A stretch of DNA of 64,000 nt from Mytilus edulis. Taxonomy: Eukaryota. The stretch is taken from positions 88,536,001-88,600,000 of the forward strand of contig NC_092345.1 of NCBI RefSeq assembly GCF_963676685.1, given 5' to 3'. Below are positions 34,865-47,843 of this stretch, piece by piece. The notes beneath the pieces are model-generated. The model searched no databases and was not told the origin of the DNA. It saw only the letters and a list, made by a program, of their open reading frames with translations. Position 1 is the stretch's first letter. Each line of letters begins with the position of its first letter. The translations under genes and the position numbers were made by a program.

Positions 34865-35435
34865 CTGCATATAAATATTGCATCAATAAATGTTTTTCCA
34901 TAGTTTTTGAGCACCATATAACAATACTTGAACATTACCTATAAGCTAGGTTTCAAAGGAATAATTCAAGTGAACAATTATGTCTATTTTAATACAAAAA
35001 CTATTTCTTGCTTCCATCATTCTTAGTTTACATATACTTAATGTTGTACATTGTATTTAATAATGAATTCTGCAATACTTATTTGTGAACTCTGAAAATA
35101 ACTGGACATTCCTCTAAATTCCTGTTAGTGATGAAATCTTCAAACTGTTTAAACAGTTATTTTAGTTTTATTAATCCCCATGCCTGCTCATGTAAAATGT
35201 CTTAACTTACCATTCCATTTGTCTTTCTATGGTCTTTAATAACTCACTTTTAGGTATTGATTTTGTTCATTGATGAAGGACTTACAGTGACCTATAGTTG
35301 TTAACTTCTGCATCATTTGGTCTCTGGTGGAGAGTTGTGTCATTGGCAATCATAACAAATCTTATTTATTTATATTAACTGCTAGGTGTTATCAATATTT
35401 TTATAAACAACATTAAGTATAATGTATATCATTAC

Positions 35436-35583
35436 CAAATCAGCTCTAAGTTTCTTTGGTAGATGTCGCTGTAATCTGTCGATTATCATTTTCCGTCTAT
35501 TTTTCATCTCATGTGGATACTGCTCATATATCACAGTGAATACATAGTGGTCATCATCTGACCAGCCCCCATTCCTTCCTAAT
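35436..35583 (-). CDS. CCDC148: CCDC148 exon (GGWSDDDHYVFTVIYEQYPHEMKNRRKMIIDRLQRHLPKKLRADL)
   Basis: GT-AG boundaries; matches SEEDHWIYQAILDQYP...LQRYFPHKSRHDL. Confidence 0.92.
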
Positions 35584-36166
35584 CTAAAACATAATTATCA
35601 TATATCTATAGTCTCTCATAATTCTTTTTAGAGTGGCTCTTGTTTAATATGTGAAGTTGTAATATTATGTATAAATGTTTAAGTGGTGAGACTCTTAATA
35701 AAATATTGTCTTGTCTTGTCTATTTCAATGAATACATAGTGGTCATCATTTGAACAGCCACCATTCCTTCCTAACCTGAAATATAATCATCACCTATCCC
35801 AGTAAATATATAGTGGTCATCATCTGACCATGCTGTCCCAATTTCTACCTAATCTAAAACATAAATTCCTCTTTAAAGGTTCCTATGACGAAAATTTAAT
35901 ACATGGTCTGAAATTATAAGAAAGAATACATGCATATTCTGTAGACCAGAAATTGATGAGTGATTAAAATATACTATCCAGAATAGCTGTGACAAAATAA
36001 TTTTTAAAATTACCTCATTTTTAACGTAACTAGCAGATAATATTTTGGTGAACTGCCTTAGAAATATTAAACACATCTGGGTCCTCTAGTATGATTAGGT
36101 GAAATTTTGTTGTAGCTGATAATTTGAAATTCAATCAGCAGAAGTGTTTTCAATTGAAGTACTTAC

Positions 36167-36362
36167 TTTAGAATTTTAGAATGTTCCTCTTCCAGATATT
36201 TTAACCTTTCTCTGAACTTTTCATCCATAAGAATAAACTCCTGTAAGACTGAGACTTTGAGATCAAAGTCAGAACATTCGAGATCATAAGCTTCCTCTGG
36301 AATACCACCTTCTACATGAACCTTCTGACTGTCTTCATTTGGAGTTATTGTAGCAAGAAATC
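36167..36362 (-). CDS. CCDC148: CCDC148 exon (GIPEEAYDLECSDFDLKVSVLQEF...)
   Basis: GT-AG boundaries; matches LECPYPDLKSSILSEF. Confidence 0.92.
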
Positions 36363-37138
36363 CTGTAAATATAATTTTATTATACATAATTGGCAAGCAA
36401 GAACAAAAAAAAAACATCTGTTACCGTTCAAATTGAAATTATATACAAGTTTGTGATTTGCATTGCAAAAAATTGTGTATTCCTGTGCATGTATGTAATC
36501 AGTCTATATTGAAGTACAGCCACCAGTATTAGAGTTAATGACAGCATGATTTTATATCAAAAGGTTATGAAGTGTTAGCTTGCAATCTGTGTAAGTACCT
36601 TTTACCATAAAGTTTTGCTCATAACTGTTTTGTTTGTTTGATTAACATACAAATTGTATAGGTACTCATTTTTTTGCAATCTATTGTACAACTATTGAGT
36701 TACGTGCTTATCTTCTACTGATTTTTATCACATGTTCTAATTTCCTGGTATTGTAATTTTACAGTAATTTTTTTGTTAAACATTTAAAATTGTGGTTTCA
36801 CTACATGTGTTACTACACAATCCAAGAAATTTGGCACCCCTGAAAGATAATGAACTTGTAATAACTATGGGACGTTCACAACAGACTTCATAGTAAACAT
36901 AATTATGGTTAAATTATTTTATTTTATTTGATATCCTCATTAGGCCAAAAAACATAATATGTGTGGTTCCTTTTACATCTTTGAAATAAATAGGGTAGGT
37001 AGACAGGAATTTTATTTTATTTTACATTTTTTTTTACATAGAGTCTATGGGAGGGATACTCTGACTAAAAAAAAAGGTGGGTACCGTAATAGGAAACACA
37101 CATCTTTTTTTATTTGGCCATACCATACTGAGCCTTAC

Positions 37139-37317
37139 CCATTCCTAATTCCTGTTCAAGACAAATCTGTTGATGGTGTAACTTTTCCAGAACCATTTTT
37201 TGTTGTCCCTTTACATTATCAATGGTACACTGAATTTCATTATGTTTTTGTACTGTGTCAGGCGAGCCCATTCGTAGATCTTCCATATTTTCCTGTAACC
37301 AATACTGCAGATCTTCT
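37139..37317 (-). CDS. CCDC148: CCDC148 exon (EDLQYWLQENMEDLRMG...QICLEQELGM)
   Basis: ttacag| and G|gtaagg; phases fit both neighbours. Confidence 0.88.
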
Positions 37318-37693
37318 CTGTAATTATATTTATTATAATAAGTAGTAAATAAGGAGTTTTACATTTACAAGTATGATTATTTATCATAAGAATATCAATC
37401 AAAAATAAGTTTCTGTAACACATACAGTTTAATATCACAAATCAGTAAAGGCTGACTAAAGTTCTTTTTCTAAGTACATAAACAATTTGTTTTTCTATTT
37501 TTTTTGTATTCCTAATTCTCAACCATTGAAGAATATCAGACCCTGAAGCTATTCACTCAGGGTGATACACGTAAGGATGTTTGGGTTGAAATAGCCTGTG
37601 AGTAATTATACTGCCACTGAGTGAGGATTGGTAAAAATATATTTAAAACATTTGAATTTTTGTTCGATTCTTTTTCAAACAGCTTCATACACA

Positions 37694-38445
37694 ATGAGAA
37701 GATGTCTGATTACCTTAGATTCCATACTGGTTGTGTGGTGCTTGCTTTAAACTTAGCAAACTCTATATCTATTACCTTAGATTCCATACTGGTTGTGTGG
37801 TGCTTGATTATGAGAAGATGTCTGATTACCTTAGATTCCATACTGGTTGTGTGGTGCTTGCTTTAAACTTAGCAAACTCTATATCTATTACCTTAGATTC
37901 CATATACTGGTTGTGTGGTGCTTGCTTTAAACTTAGCAAACTCTATATCTATTACCTTAGATTCCATACTGGTTGTGTGGTGCTTGCTTTAAACTTAGCA
38001 AACTCTATATCTATTACCTTAGATTCCATATACTGGTTGTGTGGTGCTTGCTTTAAACTTAGCAAACTCTATATCTGTTACCTTAGATTCCATATACTGG
38101 TTGTGTGGTGCTTGCTTTAAACTTAGCAAACTCTATATCTATTTCCTTAGATTCCATACTGGTTGTGTGGTGCTTGATTATGAGAAGATGTCTGATTACC
38201 TTAGATTCCATACTGGTTGTGTGGTGCTTGCTTTAAACTTAGCAAACTCTATATCTATTACCTTAGATTCCATACTGGTTGTGTGGTGCTTGATTATGAG
38301 AAGATGTCTGATTACCTTAGATTCCATACTGGTTGTGTGGTGCTTGCTTTAAACTTAGCAAACTCTATAGAGAAGATGTCTGATTACCTTAGATTCCATA
38401 CTGGTTGTGTGGTGCTTGCTTTAAACTTAGCGAACTCTATATCTA
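37694..38445. repeat. Complex tandem amplification of the CCDC148 exon 3' end and splice donor
   Basis: About a dozen copies of ttaccttagattccatactggttgtgtggtgcttg with two alternative continuations, derived from 38370-38445. Confidence 0.9.
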
Positions 38446-38775
38446 AAGATGCTTCAAAGTCTTCAAAATCTTCAAATAATGAACAACATGGGTTTCCTTG
38501 AGTCAGGTTAACTCCTCTATGAACATCAATGTCTGATTGTAGCCTTTTACGTAAATTGTTAAGTCGTATCAGTTCTTTATTCCACACAAGTTTATGTTGT
38601 TTAAGCAGAGTATTTTCCTTGGTTTGTTTAGACAATTGTTCTATTTTCTTCACCTTGAGGAGAGACTTATGAGCACTAAACTTTTTCTCTGCAGCGAGTA
38701 GTCGTAACTTGTCATAATCTACAGCTTTATATTTATTACTTCGAACTCCATTTGTAGCTTTGTTTACAAGTGTGT
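38388..38775 (-). CDS. CCDC148: CCDC148 coding exon 2 (DTLVNKATNGVRSNKYKAVDYDKLR...TLLKQHKLVW...QPVWNLR)
   Basis: Matches KYKPVDYQQLR...TLIKQHKQVW; GT-AG boundaries. Confidence 0.93.
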
Positions 38776-39217
38776 CTAAAAAATAACAATGTACCATCAT
38801 TTAAGCATTTGAGATCAAATATTTTCTAAAAGAATTATTAAACAATAACTTTGACAATGATTTAAGTCAGAAACATTCTAATAGCAAGGCCAGTTCTGTG
38901 TCTGACATGTAGTTTTTTAAACATCCTTGTCCTTTGGTTTGTGGTGGATACTTGTCTCATCAGCCATCATATCACACATGTTCTTATACAGTCATCAAAT
39001 GATTCTGAAAGAACAGTCATGTAACAGGAAAACACTATAGTATGTAACCATGAAGCCCATAAATTATATTTGTTCTATATTATTTTTACAGTTAAGATGA
39101 AGATGTTTATTATAAGGGACATTCAATATTAATAAGGAAAAACCAGTAGATCAACACTATTTTTCACTCAAAAAAGCTTTACTGCACTTAACCTAATACT
39201 GTCTTTGAAATAATAAA

Positions 39218-41253
39218 AACCAGATGCTCCGCAGGGTGCAGCTTTATACGACCGCAGAGGTTGAATCCTGAACGGTTGGGGCAAGTATGGACACAACATT
39301 CAAGCTGGATTCAGCTCTAAATTTGGATTGTGATTAAATAGTTGACACAGCATAGGTTTCGGACACAGAATGAATGTGGTCTAATGAACTTAAAATATTT
39401 TTTTTTGCCTTTGAGCAATTCACTATGCTGTTGAATATTAATCCTCTCAAAAAAATGTTTGAAGAAATTTTCTTTTTATTTATGAAATCTGAAATGAGAA
39501 AAATTTAACCCCCCCCCCCCACCATTTTTTTTTCACATCCCCCTTTCCCTTCTTCCAAAACTGATCTCAATTCAAATTTCTAATGGAGTTTGCAACAATA
39601 ACTACTCATTTAAATACATCATAAAATATTAAAATGTAACAAAAGGTGCTTGTTATCACTGAATGGTTAAGATTGTTTTAATTTATCAGTTGGTAGAAAA
39701 GTGAATATACATTGTATATTGTATAAAACAATGATTTAAGTTGATTCAACTACTATTCTGGATAAAGAAAGATAACTCCAATCAATTGAAAATTTCTTGC
39801 TATTGCACAATATTGTGCAATTAGATATTTCTTGCTATTGCGCAATACTGTGCAATTGAAAATATTTGCTATTGCACAATACTGTGCAATTGAAGATTTC
39901 TTGCTATTGCGCAAAACTGTGCAATTGAAAATTTCTTGCTATTGCACAATACTGTGCAATTGAAGATTTCTTGCTATTGCTGAATACTGTGCAATTGAAA
40001 ATTTCTTGCTATTGCACAAAACTTAATATAATAATTTTGGATCCTGATTTGAACCAACTTGAAAACTGGGTCCATAATCAAAAATCTAAGTACATGTTTA
40101 GATTCAGCATATCAAAAAAGCCCAAGAATTCAATTTTTGTTAAAATCAAACTTAGTTTAATTTTGGACCCTTTGGACTTTAATGTAGACCAATTTGAAAA
40201 CGGGACTAAACATTAAGAATCTACATACACAGTTAGATTTGGCATATCAAAGAACCCCAATTATTCAATTTTTGATGAAATCAAACAAAGTTTAATTTTG
40301 GACCCCGATTTGGACCAACTTGAAAACTGGGCCAATAATAAAAAATCTAAGTACATTTTTAGATTCAGCATATCAAAGAACCCCAAGGATTCAATTTTTG
40401 TTAAAATCAAACTTAGTTTAATTTTGGACCCTTTGGACCTTAATGTAGACCAATTTGAAAACGAGACCAAAAATTAAGAATCTACATACACAGTTAGATT
40501 CGGCATATCATAGAACCCCAATTATTCAATTTTTGATGAAATCAAACAAAGTTCAATTTTGGAGCCTTTGGGCCCCTTATTCCTAATCTGTTAGGACCAA
40601 AATTCCCAAAATTCCCAAAATCAAACCCAACCTTCCTTTAGTGGTCATAAACCATGTGTTTAAATTTCATAGATTTCTATTTACTTATACTAAAGTTATG
40701 GTGCGAAAACCAAGAATAATGCTTACTTGGGCCCCTTTTTGGCCCCTAATTCCTAAACTGTTCAGACTTCAACTCCAAAAATCAATCCCAATCTTCCTTT
40801 TGTGGTCATAAACCTTGTGTTTAAATTTCATTGATTTCTATATATATATACTTATACTAAAGTTATTGTGTGAAAACCAAGAATAATGCTTATTTGGGCC
40901 CTTTTTTGGCCCCTAATGCCTAAACTGTTTGAACTAAAACTCCCAAAATCAATCCCAACCTTCCTTTTGTGGTCATAAACCTTGTGTTTAAATTTTCCTA
41001 GATTTCTATTCACTTTTACTAAAGTTAGAGTGCGAAAACCAAGAATAATGCTTACTTGGGCCCCTTTTTGGCCCCTAATTCCTAAACTGTTCAGACTTCA
41101 ACTCCAAAAATCAATCCCAACCTTCCTTTTGTGGTCATAAACCTTGTGTTTAAATTTAAAAGTATTCGGACGACGACGATGATGCAGACAACGACGCCAA
41201 CATGATACCAATATAAGACCAAATTTTTTAAAATTTTTGCGGTCGTATAAAAA
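39218..41253 (-). mobile_element. Helentron/HINE-like satellite-carrying element, copy 2 (inverted), in a CCDC148 intron
   Basis: Reverse complement of 12497-15119 without the nested insert, and with different unit numbers in the internal arrays. Confidence 0.78.
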
Positions 41254-41639
41254 TTGAAAAAAAAATCATCCCCATTTAGCCCCAATTACAAAATTGCATG
41301 CAAAATTGGAAAAATGCTGAGAGATTTTAGGATTACAGATGACACCAAGTACATTTTGTAGGTAATGATAAACATGTTCCATATCTAATACATTCAGGAA
41401 CAGAGGGTTTACTAAATTCCTAGAACAATAAATGTGGAATCAAGAATTTCCATAAAAAAGTAAGCATCCTTTACTGGATCCTGAAAAATCAATCTTTAAG
41501 TTATATGATATATATACATGTACAAAATGTATATCATATGTAATTAAAACTATACATATAATTTGTTACATGATGAGAATTGGAAAAATGATTGGTATTG
41601 TTTATTGTTGAGTGGTCTAAGAATATGATCTTGATTTAC

Positions 41640-41694
41640 CTGTGTCATGAGAGGTATACTGCATGACAAAAGGATCTACTTGCTTGGATGTCAT
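41640..41694 (-). CDS. CCDC148: CCDC148 first coding exon (MTSKQVDPFVMQYTSHDT)
   Basis: ATG at 41694 and G|gtaaat donor give phase 1, fitting exon 2. An upstream acceptor near 41734 implies a further 5' UTR exon. Confidence 0.7.
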
Positions 41695-42327
41695 TTTGTA
41701 TGATCAGATCTGTACTCAATTATATATTAACCATCTGAAAAAACAAAACATTGTAATATCAACTAAATATACATTTTTTACAATAATGTTATATATATAT
41801 ATATATATATTATATTATCAATATGTGAATGTTTCCACTACAAAAAAACCTCTAATATAAGATACATGTGCAAGTTGAGTGTAGTACAGCTATTTCTAGA
41901 ATGCAGTTAGTAAGATTATGGGCATGGAACTGAGATAGCCAAATTAAAGATGTACACGTAGTTAAACAAGCCCCCATCCCTAAATGATCATTTTTTTATC
42001 AAATCAAAATATCGTAAGTTCAGTCCAAATGTCAATTGAAGTGAAATGACAAAGTAGATGGACTAAAAGCAGAGATTTGTCACATGTATAGTACTGTCAA
42101 TTCTGCATGAACTTTCATTGTTACGTGTGAAAGTTGTGCAAATGGACTTACAAAACCCTGAGATAGGAAGAGTTTTATTAGAGCTTTGAACAAACTTCAA
42201 GAGATTGAACTATTCCCAAAATCAAATAAGATAATCTCTCTGCCATATTGTGAATTGTGTGAAAAAGAGTCTACCGACAAATACTAACTTAATTGTCCAA
42301 AAAACCAATATAAAAGAGAAAAAAAAA

Positions 42328-44090
42328 AAGAATGTGTCCAGAGTACACAGATGCCCCACTCCCACTTTCATTTTCCATGTTCAGTGATTCTTCAGTGGAC
42401 TGTGAAAGTGGGGTCAAAACTTTAATTTGGCATTACAATTAGATAGATAATATCATAGGGAACATGTGTACTAAGTTTCAATTTGATTGGACTTCAACTT
42501 CATCAAAAACTACCTACCGATAGACCAAAAACTAAGTGGACCGTGAAATTGGGGTTAAAACTTTAATCTGGCATTAAAATTAGAAAGATCATATCATGGG
42601 GAGCATTTGTACTAAGTTTCAAGTTGATTGGATTTTAACTTCATCAATCAAAGAGCTGAATAGCTCTGAGGGGAAAGACGGCCCTTGTTTCTATTCAATA
42701 TTTTTTTTGGGGGGGGGGGGGGGAATTTTTTGATGTCTTCATATAAAGATTGAAAACAAGAACAGCTAGAACATGTAGAAAGGTTGACAATATTGAAATC
42801 AATTGTTGTTTAATGTAATTTCCTTTCTTTAGTTTAGGATTCAATTTGGACCAAAGGAAGAGATCTGCATCTTCTAAATCTAAACATTCGATTAAAGTTG
42901 ATAGTTAATTATCTAAAATTCAACTGAAATCTGTCATTTAACAACAACTACAATATATTTGGAAATCTTAATTGCGTACCACTGAACTGCAGGCTAGGGC
43001 CATTTTCCATTTTTTGTGACAGTACTCTAAGATTATAAAGTTTTTTCTTAAGAAAGTTTGGACTGAAAAATCTATTCAGTTTTAGATTTCCATTGATAAA
43101 GTTCCCAGTTACAACTCTCATCACAGGGATATAGGTACCTATAAAAAAAATATGATTGATGTAAACTGTGTGAAGCTTGTTTCCAAATCCTACATTTTGA
43201 AATATTTCTAAATTTCATGAATAAATAGGTACACACAACAAAATGTAACATTTTTAATTTATCTCAATTTATTTTTACCATTACAATGATTATGTTGGTA
43301 CACAAAGATTTAGGTTAAATGGAAGACTACTAATCATAAATCAAATGAAATGTCACATTTTAATTGTTCAAATACATTAACTTTTATTTTATAGATTTTC
43401 AAAACAGACTTTTACAGAAAAAAATGAAAAAAACCGTTTCTCTCCCCTATTTCGTGTATCACCCACGATCTTGGTTTACTTTGAAAGTTGTTGACCTACA
43501 AATTAAAGTACTGCATGTTGATGTTTGAATCATCTACAGCAAACATTACTATGTTTAAATTTAACAAGTACCAATTTTTAATTAGTGCACGATCTCTGAG
43601 AATGTTTTAAATAACCAGTGAAGGATATCTTTGCTTCTGTGTAGTGTGGCATTCCAACAATGACGTCACTATTAAATACAATGTAGGTTGGATATATTTA
43701 GAATATCTCGTCATACTGATTTTTCCGGATTGTAAAAGAAACGTAAATAGTGTAAAGGAGAGCTCGAAATACGATAATTTCGCGAGAAACAGAAGGGAAA
43801 TGTGTAAAAAAGTGTTTAAAGTAAACTATTCATTTGTGTGTCTCCCTCTCATAAATTTCAGTAAGATTTGTTGGGGGATTTTCCACACTATAAAAATAAA
43901 ATGAATGATGTGAGGGAATGTCACTCTGGTCAACCCCATAGGGGATTGACAGCTTGAAGCCGTCTTTCCCCAAAAACTACATTTGTACCTTGACCAAAAA
44001 CTTTAAACTCAAGCGGGACAGTCAGACGGACGGACAGAACAGAAAACATAATTTCCCTCTACTATTGTACATGTAGGTGGGGCATAAAAA
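42328..44090 (-). mobile_element. HINE-like element (same family as 14571-14887) split by a second HINE-like element at ~42650-43972
   Basis: The outer halves rejoin at acttcatcaa|aaaactac. The insert has subTIR GGGGAAAGACGGC/GCCGTCTTTCCCC and terminal hairpin AGAGCTGAATAGCTCT. Confidence 0.65.
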
Positions 44091-45100
44091 TGATTGCTGA
44101 GACAAATGGACTGGACTTGCATGCTGAAGTCAGAAAAAAATCGTTTTTACTTGCTCTTGAATTTTAAAAATTAAACTAACTAGTGTTAATCCCGAATAAC
44201 CGTAAACATTCATGTCTAATCCTCAATTCCTGGTTAGTGGTATGATTATAGAACCTATCTACAGTATAAAAAAGAAGATGTGGTGTGATTGCCAATGAGA
44301 CAACTCTCCACAAGAGACCAAATGACACAGAAATTAACAACTATAGCTATAGGTCACTGTACGGCCTTCAACAATGAGTATAAAGCCCATACCACATAAA
44401 CAGCTGTAAAAGGCCCTGGAGGACAAATGTATTTTTGAACTTTGCCATATTTATAAACGGAGGAATGTATTTTTGCTAACACAATATCGTTCAAATAATG
44501 CATGAAATATTTGACACTGGACGTTACATTGTATGTCTATTGTTCGTGTGTCTGTAGTGATGCTCAAAACCTAAAATTTATTAAAAAAAAAACGACAACC
44601 AGTTTATAGTTTGAAGAGCTTTTACAATACCAGACTGAGAGTTGAAAAAAGGAAGTCAATTCTGCTGAAAGCCTCATCATGCAATATTCAGATTAATATA
44701 AAAGCATCATTGGAGTTTGTTAGTACAAAATAATTTACATAGTAAACAATTAATTCAACTGTACAAGAATAATTTGTATGTTTTCTCAAAATGAGCATGA
44801 AATACTTGCAACTGGCCAATAAGCAAATACAGTCAAAAGTTAATTCATAGTTTACAGATTGAATTTAAAATTATGATAATCATTATTATTCCATATTGGT
44901 ATTATTTTAGTAGGTTTCTCTATATGAATTGGAATTTGAATAAAAAAGCATATTCACCTGAGGAAGTGTTATTCACCGCGCTAAACGTCACACGCTTTTT
45001 CATGCAACGTTATGGTAAAATGTTGCATGTACAATTTGTTTTGATACATATATGTTTGACATTAAATACATTATTTTCTTCCCTCGGAATATGGAATAAA

Positions 45101-45247
45101 ACAATTACTGTCTTTTGTTTCGGTAAAGATGTGGTTTTATTGACTTTTGAAAAACTGATATTCACTTCGGCCGTCGGCCTCAGTGAATATCATTTTTTCA
45201 AAAATCAATAAAACCGCATATTTACCTCATCAAAAGACAGTAATTGT
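45101..45247. repeat. Long imperfect hairpin (~65-bp arms), probably the end of a non-autonomous element
   Basis: acaattactgtcttttg...gatattcact pairs with agtgaatatc...caaaagacagtaattgt around a GC-rich tcggccgtcggcctc apex. Confidence 0.75.
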
Positions 45248-46505
45248 ATAATATTTTATACATGCAATAACCGGCATTGAACAAATTAATGTTAACTTTT
45301 TATATATGACCACTTCATCAACTGTGTCCCCCATCTTAGAATAGCTGTGAACATTATTTCATTCGGGAAATGAGTGTATTATTAAAGCTAGAAGACGTGA
45401 GGCATTCTGGCGTGTAATAGTGGACACGTTTTGGCGAATAACAATTATTTGATACTTTTGGGGATATTGAATATTATGGAAATGTTTGGGGAAAATAGAC
45501 ACGTTTGGGGGAATCGGACACATAATTTGGGAGTGTTACATATATACAACAAGTAGACTAGCAGCCACCATATTTCAGTATATATTATATTGAAATTATA
45601 TTCTAACATATATGTCTTTCTAAATAAACATCTTGTTTATATTTACATGTTTTACATAGTTTGTCAGATGTCCCAGAACTAATGGATCGAAAACGAGAAA
45701 ACGAAGCCAGTAGAAACTCCAATCCCGTTACATATAAAAAAAATGTGGTATCAAAATAAATAATTCAATATTCACAGCAAACAACAACAAATCTAACATG
45801 TCTAATATCGAAATCCTGTACCAAAACGCTTATGGAACTTTCAAGAAAAACTCACTGTAGGTGAAACTCGATGAGTGCATTCCACCAAGGACGTGTATTA
45901 GATTAGTTGTACGTCTTTGATTCCACGAAGAAGTTTATACACCTGAAAATTTACATTGTTTACCTTCCCAACAAAATGACGCCATTTTTGTGAGGTAAAT
46001 ATATGACTCTGTTCGGAAAGGACATGTTATAAATCCGACTATCATCAACACGAATACCATTGTTAAAATGCCAACTCGTACCAGGAACATATATATATAC
46101 TGTTCCCAGCTCGTACCAATTATTGTTTTAAATATGCTTTTCTATCATATTACTATATACAAATCCTTGCACGTACCGTTACGCATGATTTCCAACGAAA
46201 CAAAAATTCATGACTTTGAATTTCCATATATGATTCATATATACCATGATATAAATACTGGCTGGGACTAAATAAACTCATCATAGCTGGGACTAAGTTA
46301 TACCTATATATATATAATACTATAATAGTCCCAGATACTGGTGGGGCCTTTTAATAGCAGATTAAGGCAAGTCGTTTTTATATCTATCCAATGTTTCATC
46401 ACTGAAATGAATATTAAAATATCTCACAATGTTTATATTAGATGTTGTATTCTATTTGAGATATCTGATTTATGATTTGAAGCCATTAATGAGATTTTTT
46501 TTACA

Positions 46506-47642
46506 TATGTTGTGTACAAGTTATCATTTTGTACAAATCAAAATTTAAAATTACAATTTGTATTTTGTACAATATGTGCCTCTACAAATTACAATTTGTA
46601 CATCATAGTATTTCGACTAAAACTCACTTATAATCACTTGTACAATAATTTCAGTATTGACTTTAGTGATAAAACTGAAGCATTGCTACTGAGACTATAG
46701 AATTTTTATTCAATGACCGCATAAATCTATTTAAAAAAATACAAACATACCCAGATAGAGACAGGAAAAGTAATTGATACATGCATGCCAGTTAATTCCG
46801 ATAGTCATTGTACAACAGAAATTGGCCTCACTGATAAATCTGATGTAATGATAAAAAATGACAACAGTGACATTTCTAATAGTATAATAGAAATTGGCCC
46901 AAGCGACAAGTAGGATTACACTGACGTTGAAACGCCAATCATATCTTACCATGAAAACGAAACAGGAATTATCAGAATTTGCTGTGGGGGATAATGTCAA
47001 CATACCAATTCCAAAGTATGATAAATGCCCAAAACTGATCCTCGAAATATTCTATGTGTAATTATTGAATCTTTGGGATTTGGGTACCGCATTGAAATTG
47101 CTATAGGAATTTTAACAGGATGTTTGTCAAGGAACCAAATTGTATACATGTTAAAGTCACATCTGTATTCGCAGCAACGATTTCTGGGCTTCAACTTTCG
47201 CTACGTGAAGCAGTTAAAAGACGGTTTTCAAACACTGGTGGCCAAAGATTTATTTCATGTAAATGCCAAGGGCAGCATGTTTTACAATTTCCGATGCCAT
47301 AATTCAACAACATGCTCAAACAAATGATACAGAACTATTCTTGTATTTTGTAAATAAGGATTATTGTGTGGTAATTGAATAAAATTTATGAAACTGTATC
47401 AATGCTTTTTTTACAAGATTCATAATGTGAATTATTGTACAAATTAGAAATGAATTTTAGTCAAATTTTGTACAAATTAGAAATGAATTTTAGTCAAATT
47501 TTGTACAAATTGTTATTTTGTACAAGCACGTCAAGTTTTGCACAAATTACAATTTGTACAAAGTCAAAGTACAAATTATAAAGTGTACAATTTTTTCGTT
47601 CACATTATAATTTGTACAAAATGATAACTTGTATACAACATA
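46506..47642. mobile_element. Non-autonomous TIR DNA transposon, ~1.1 kb
   Basis: 33-bp TIR TATGTTGTGTACAAGTTATCATTTTGTACAAAT with 1 mismatch; subterminal TTGTACAA motifs; the outer TA may be the TSD. Confidence 0.8.
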
Positions 47643-47794
47643 TACATTAAAAAATACATTATATTTCATTACTCATTTGTAAATTTGAAAAAAAAATGAA
47701 ATTTATAATGAACAACCATAATGAACTTTCTTCAATCCAGTTTACAGAAACACATAAGATAAGGGATCGTGTGTGAACAAACCTGACATAAACA

Positions 47795-47843
47795 ATGGAG
47801 TTTACAATGGCGCCTTCGAAGTCATGTTTCCATATTCTAATAG
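47795..47843 (+). CDS. Secreted Cys-rich VWC/pacifastin-like protein, exon 1. Model: join(47795-47843,48663-48815,49619-49786,50141-50328), 185 aa
   Basis: MEFTMAPSKSCFHILI then G|gtaaga; joins in phase 1 to VLVLTYNGNA to form a signal-peptide-like N-terminus. Confidence 0.65.

Noticed and set aside
37621-38501. Repetitive plus-strand ORFs
   Set aside because: Antisense translations of the exon-derived tandem array.
45960-45990. Minus-strand ATGGCG...GAAG|gtaaac as a coding first exon of CCDC148
   Set aside because: Splicing to the acceptor near 41734 gives an immediate stop. It could be a 5' UTR exon but cannot be supported without transcripts.
46731-47327. ORFs inside the 1.1-kb TIR element as a transposase
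   Set aside because: Short, overlapping on both strands, with no DDE or DNA-binding motif recognised.
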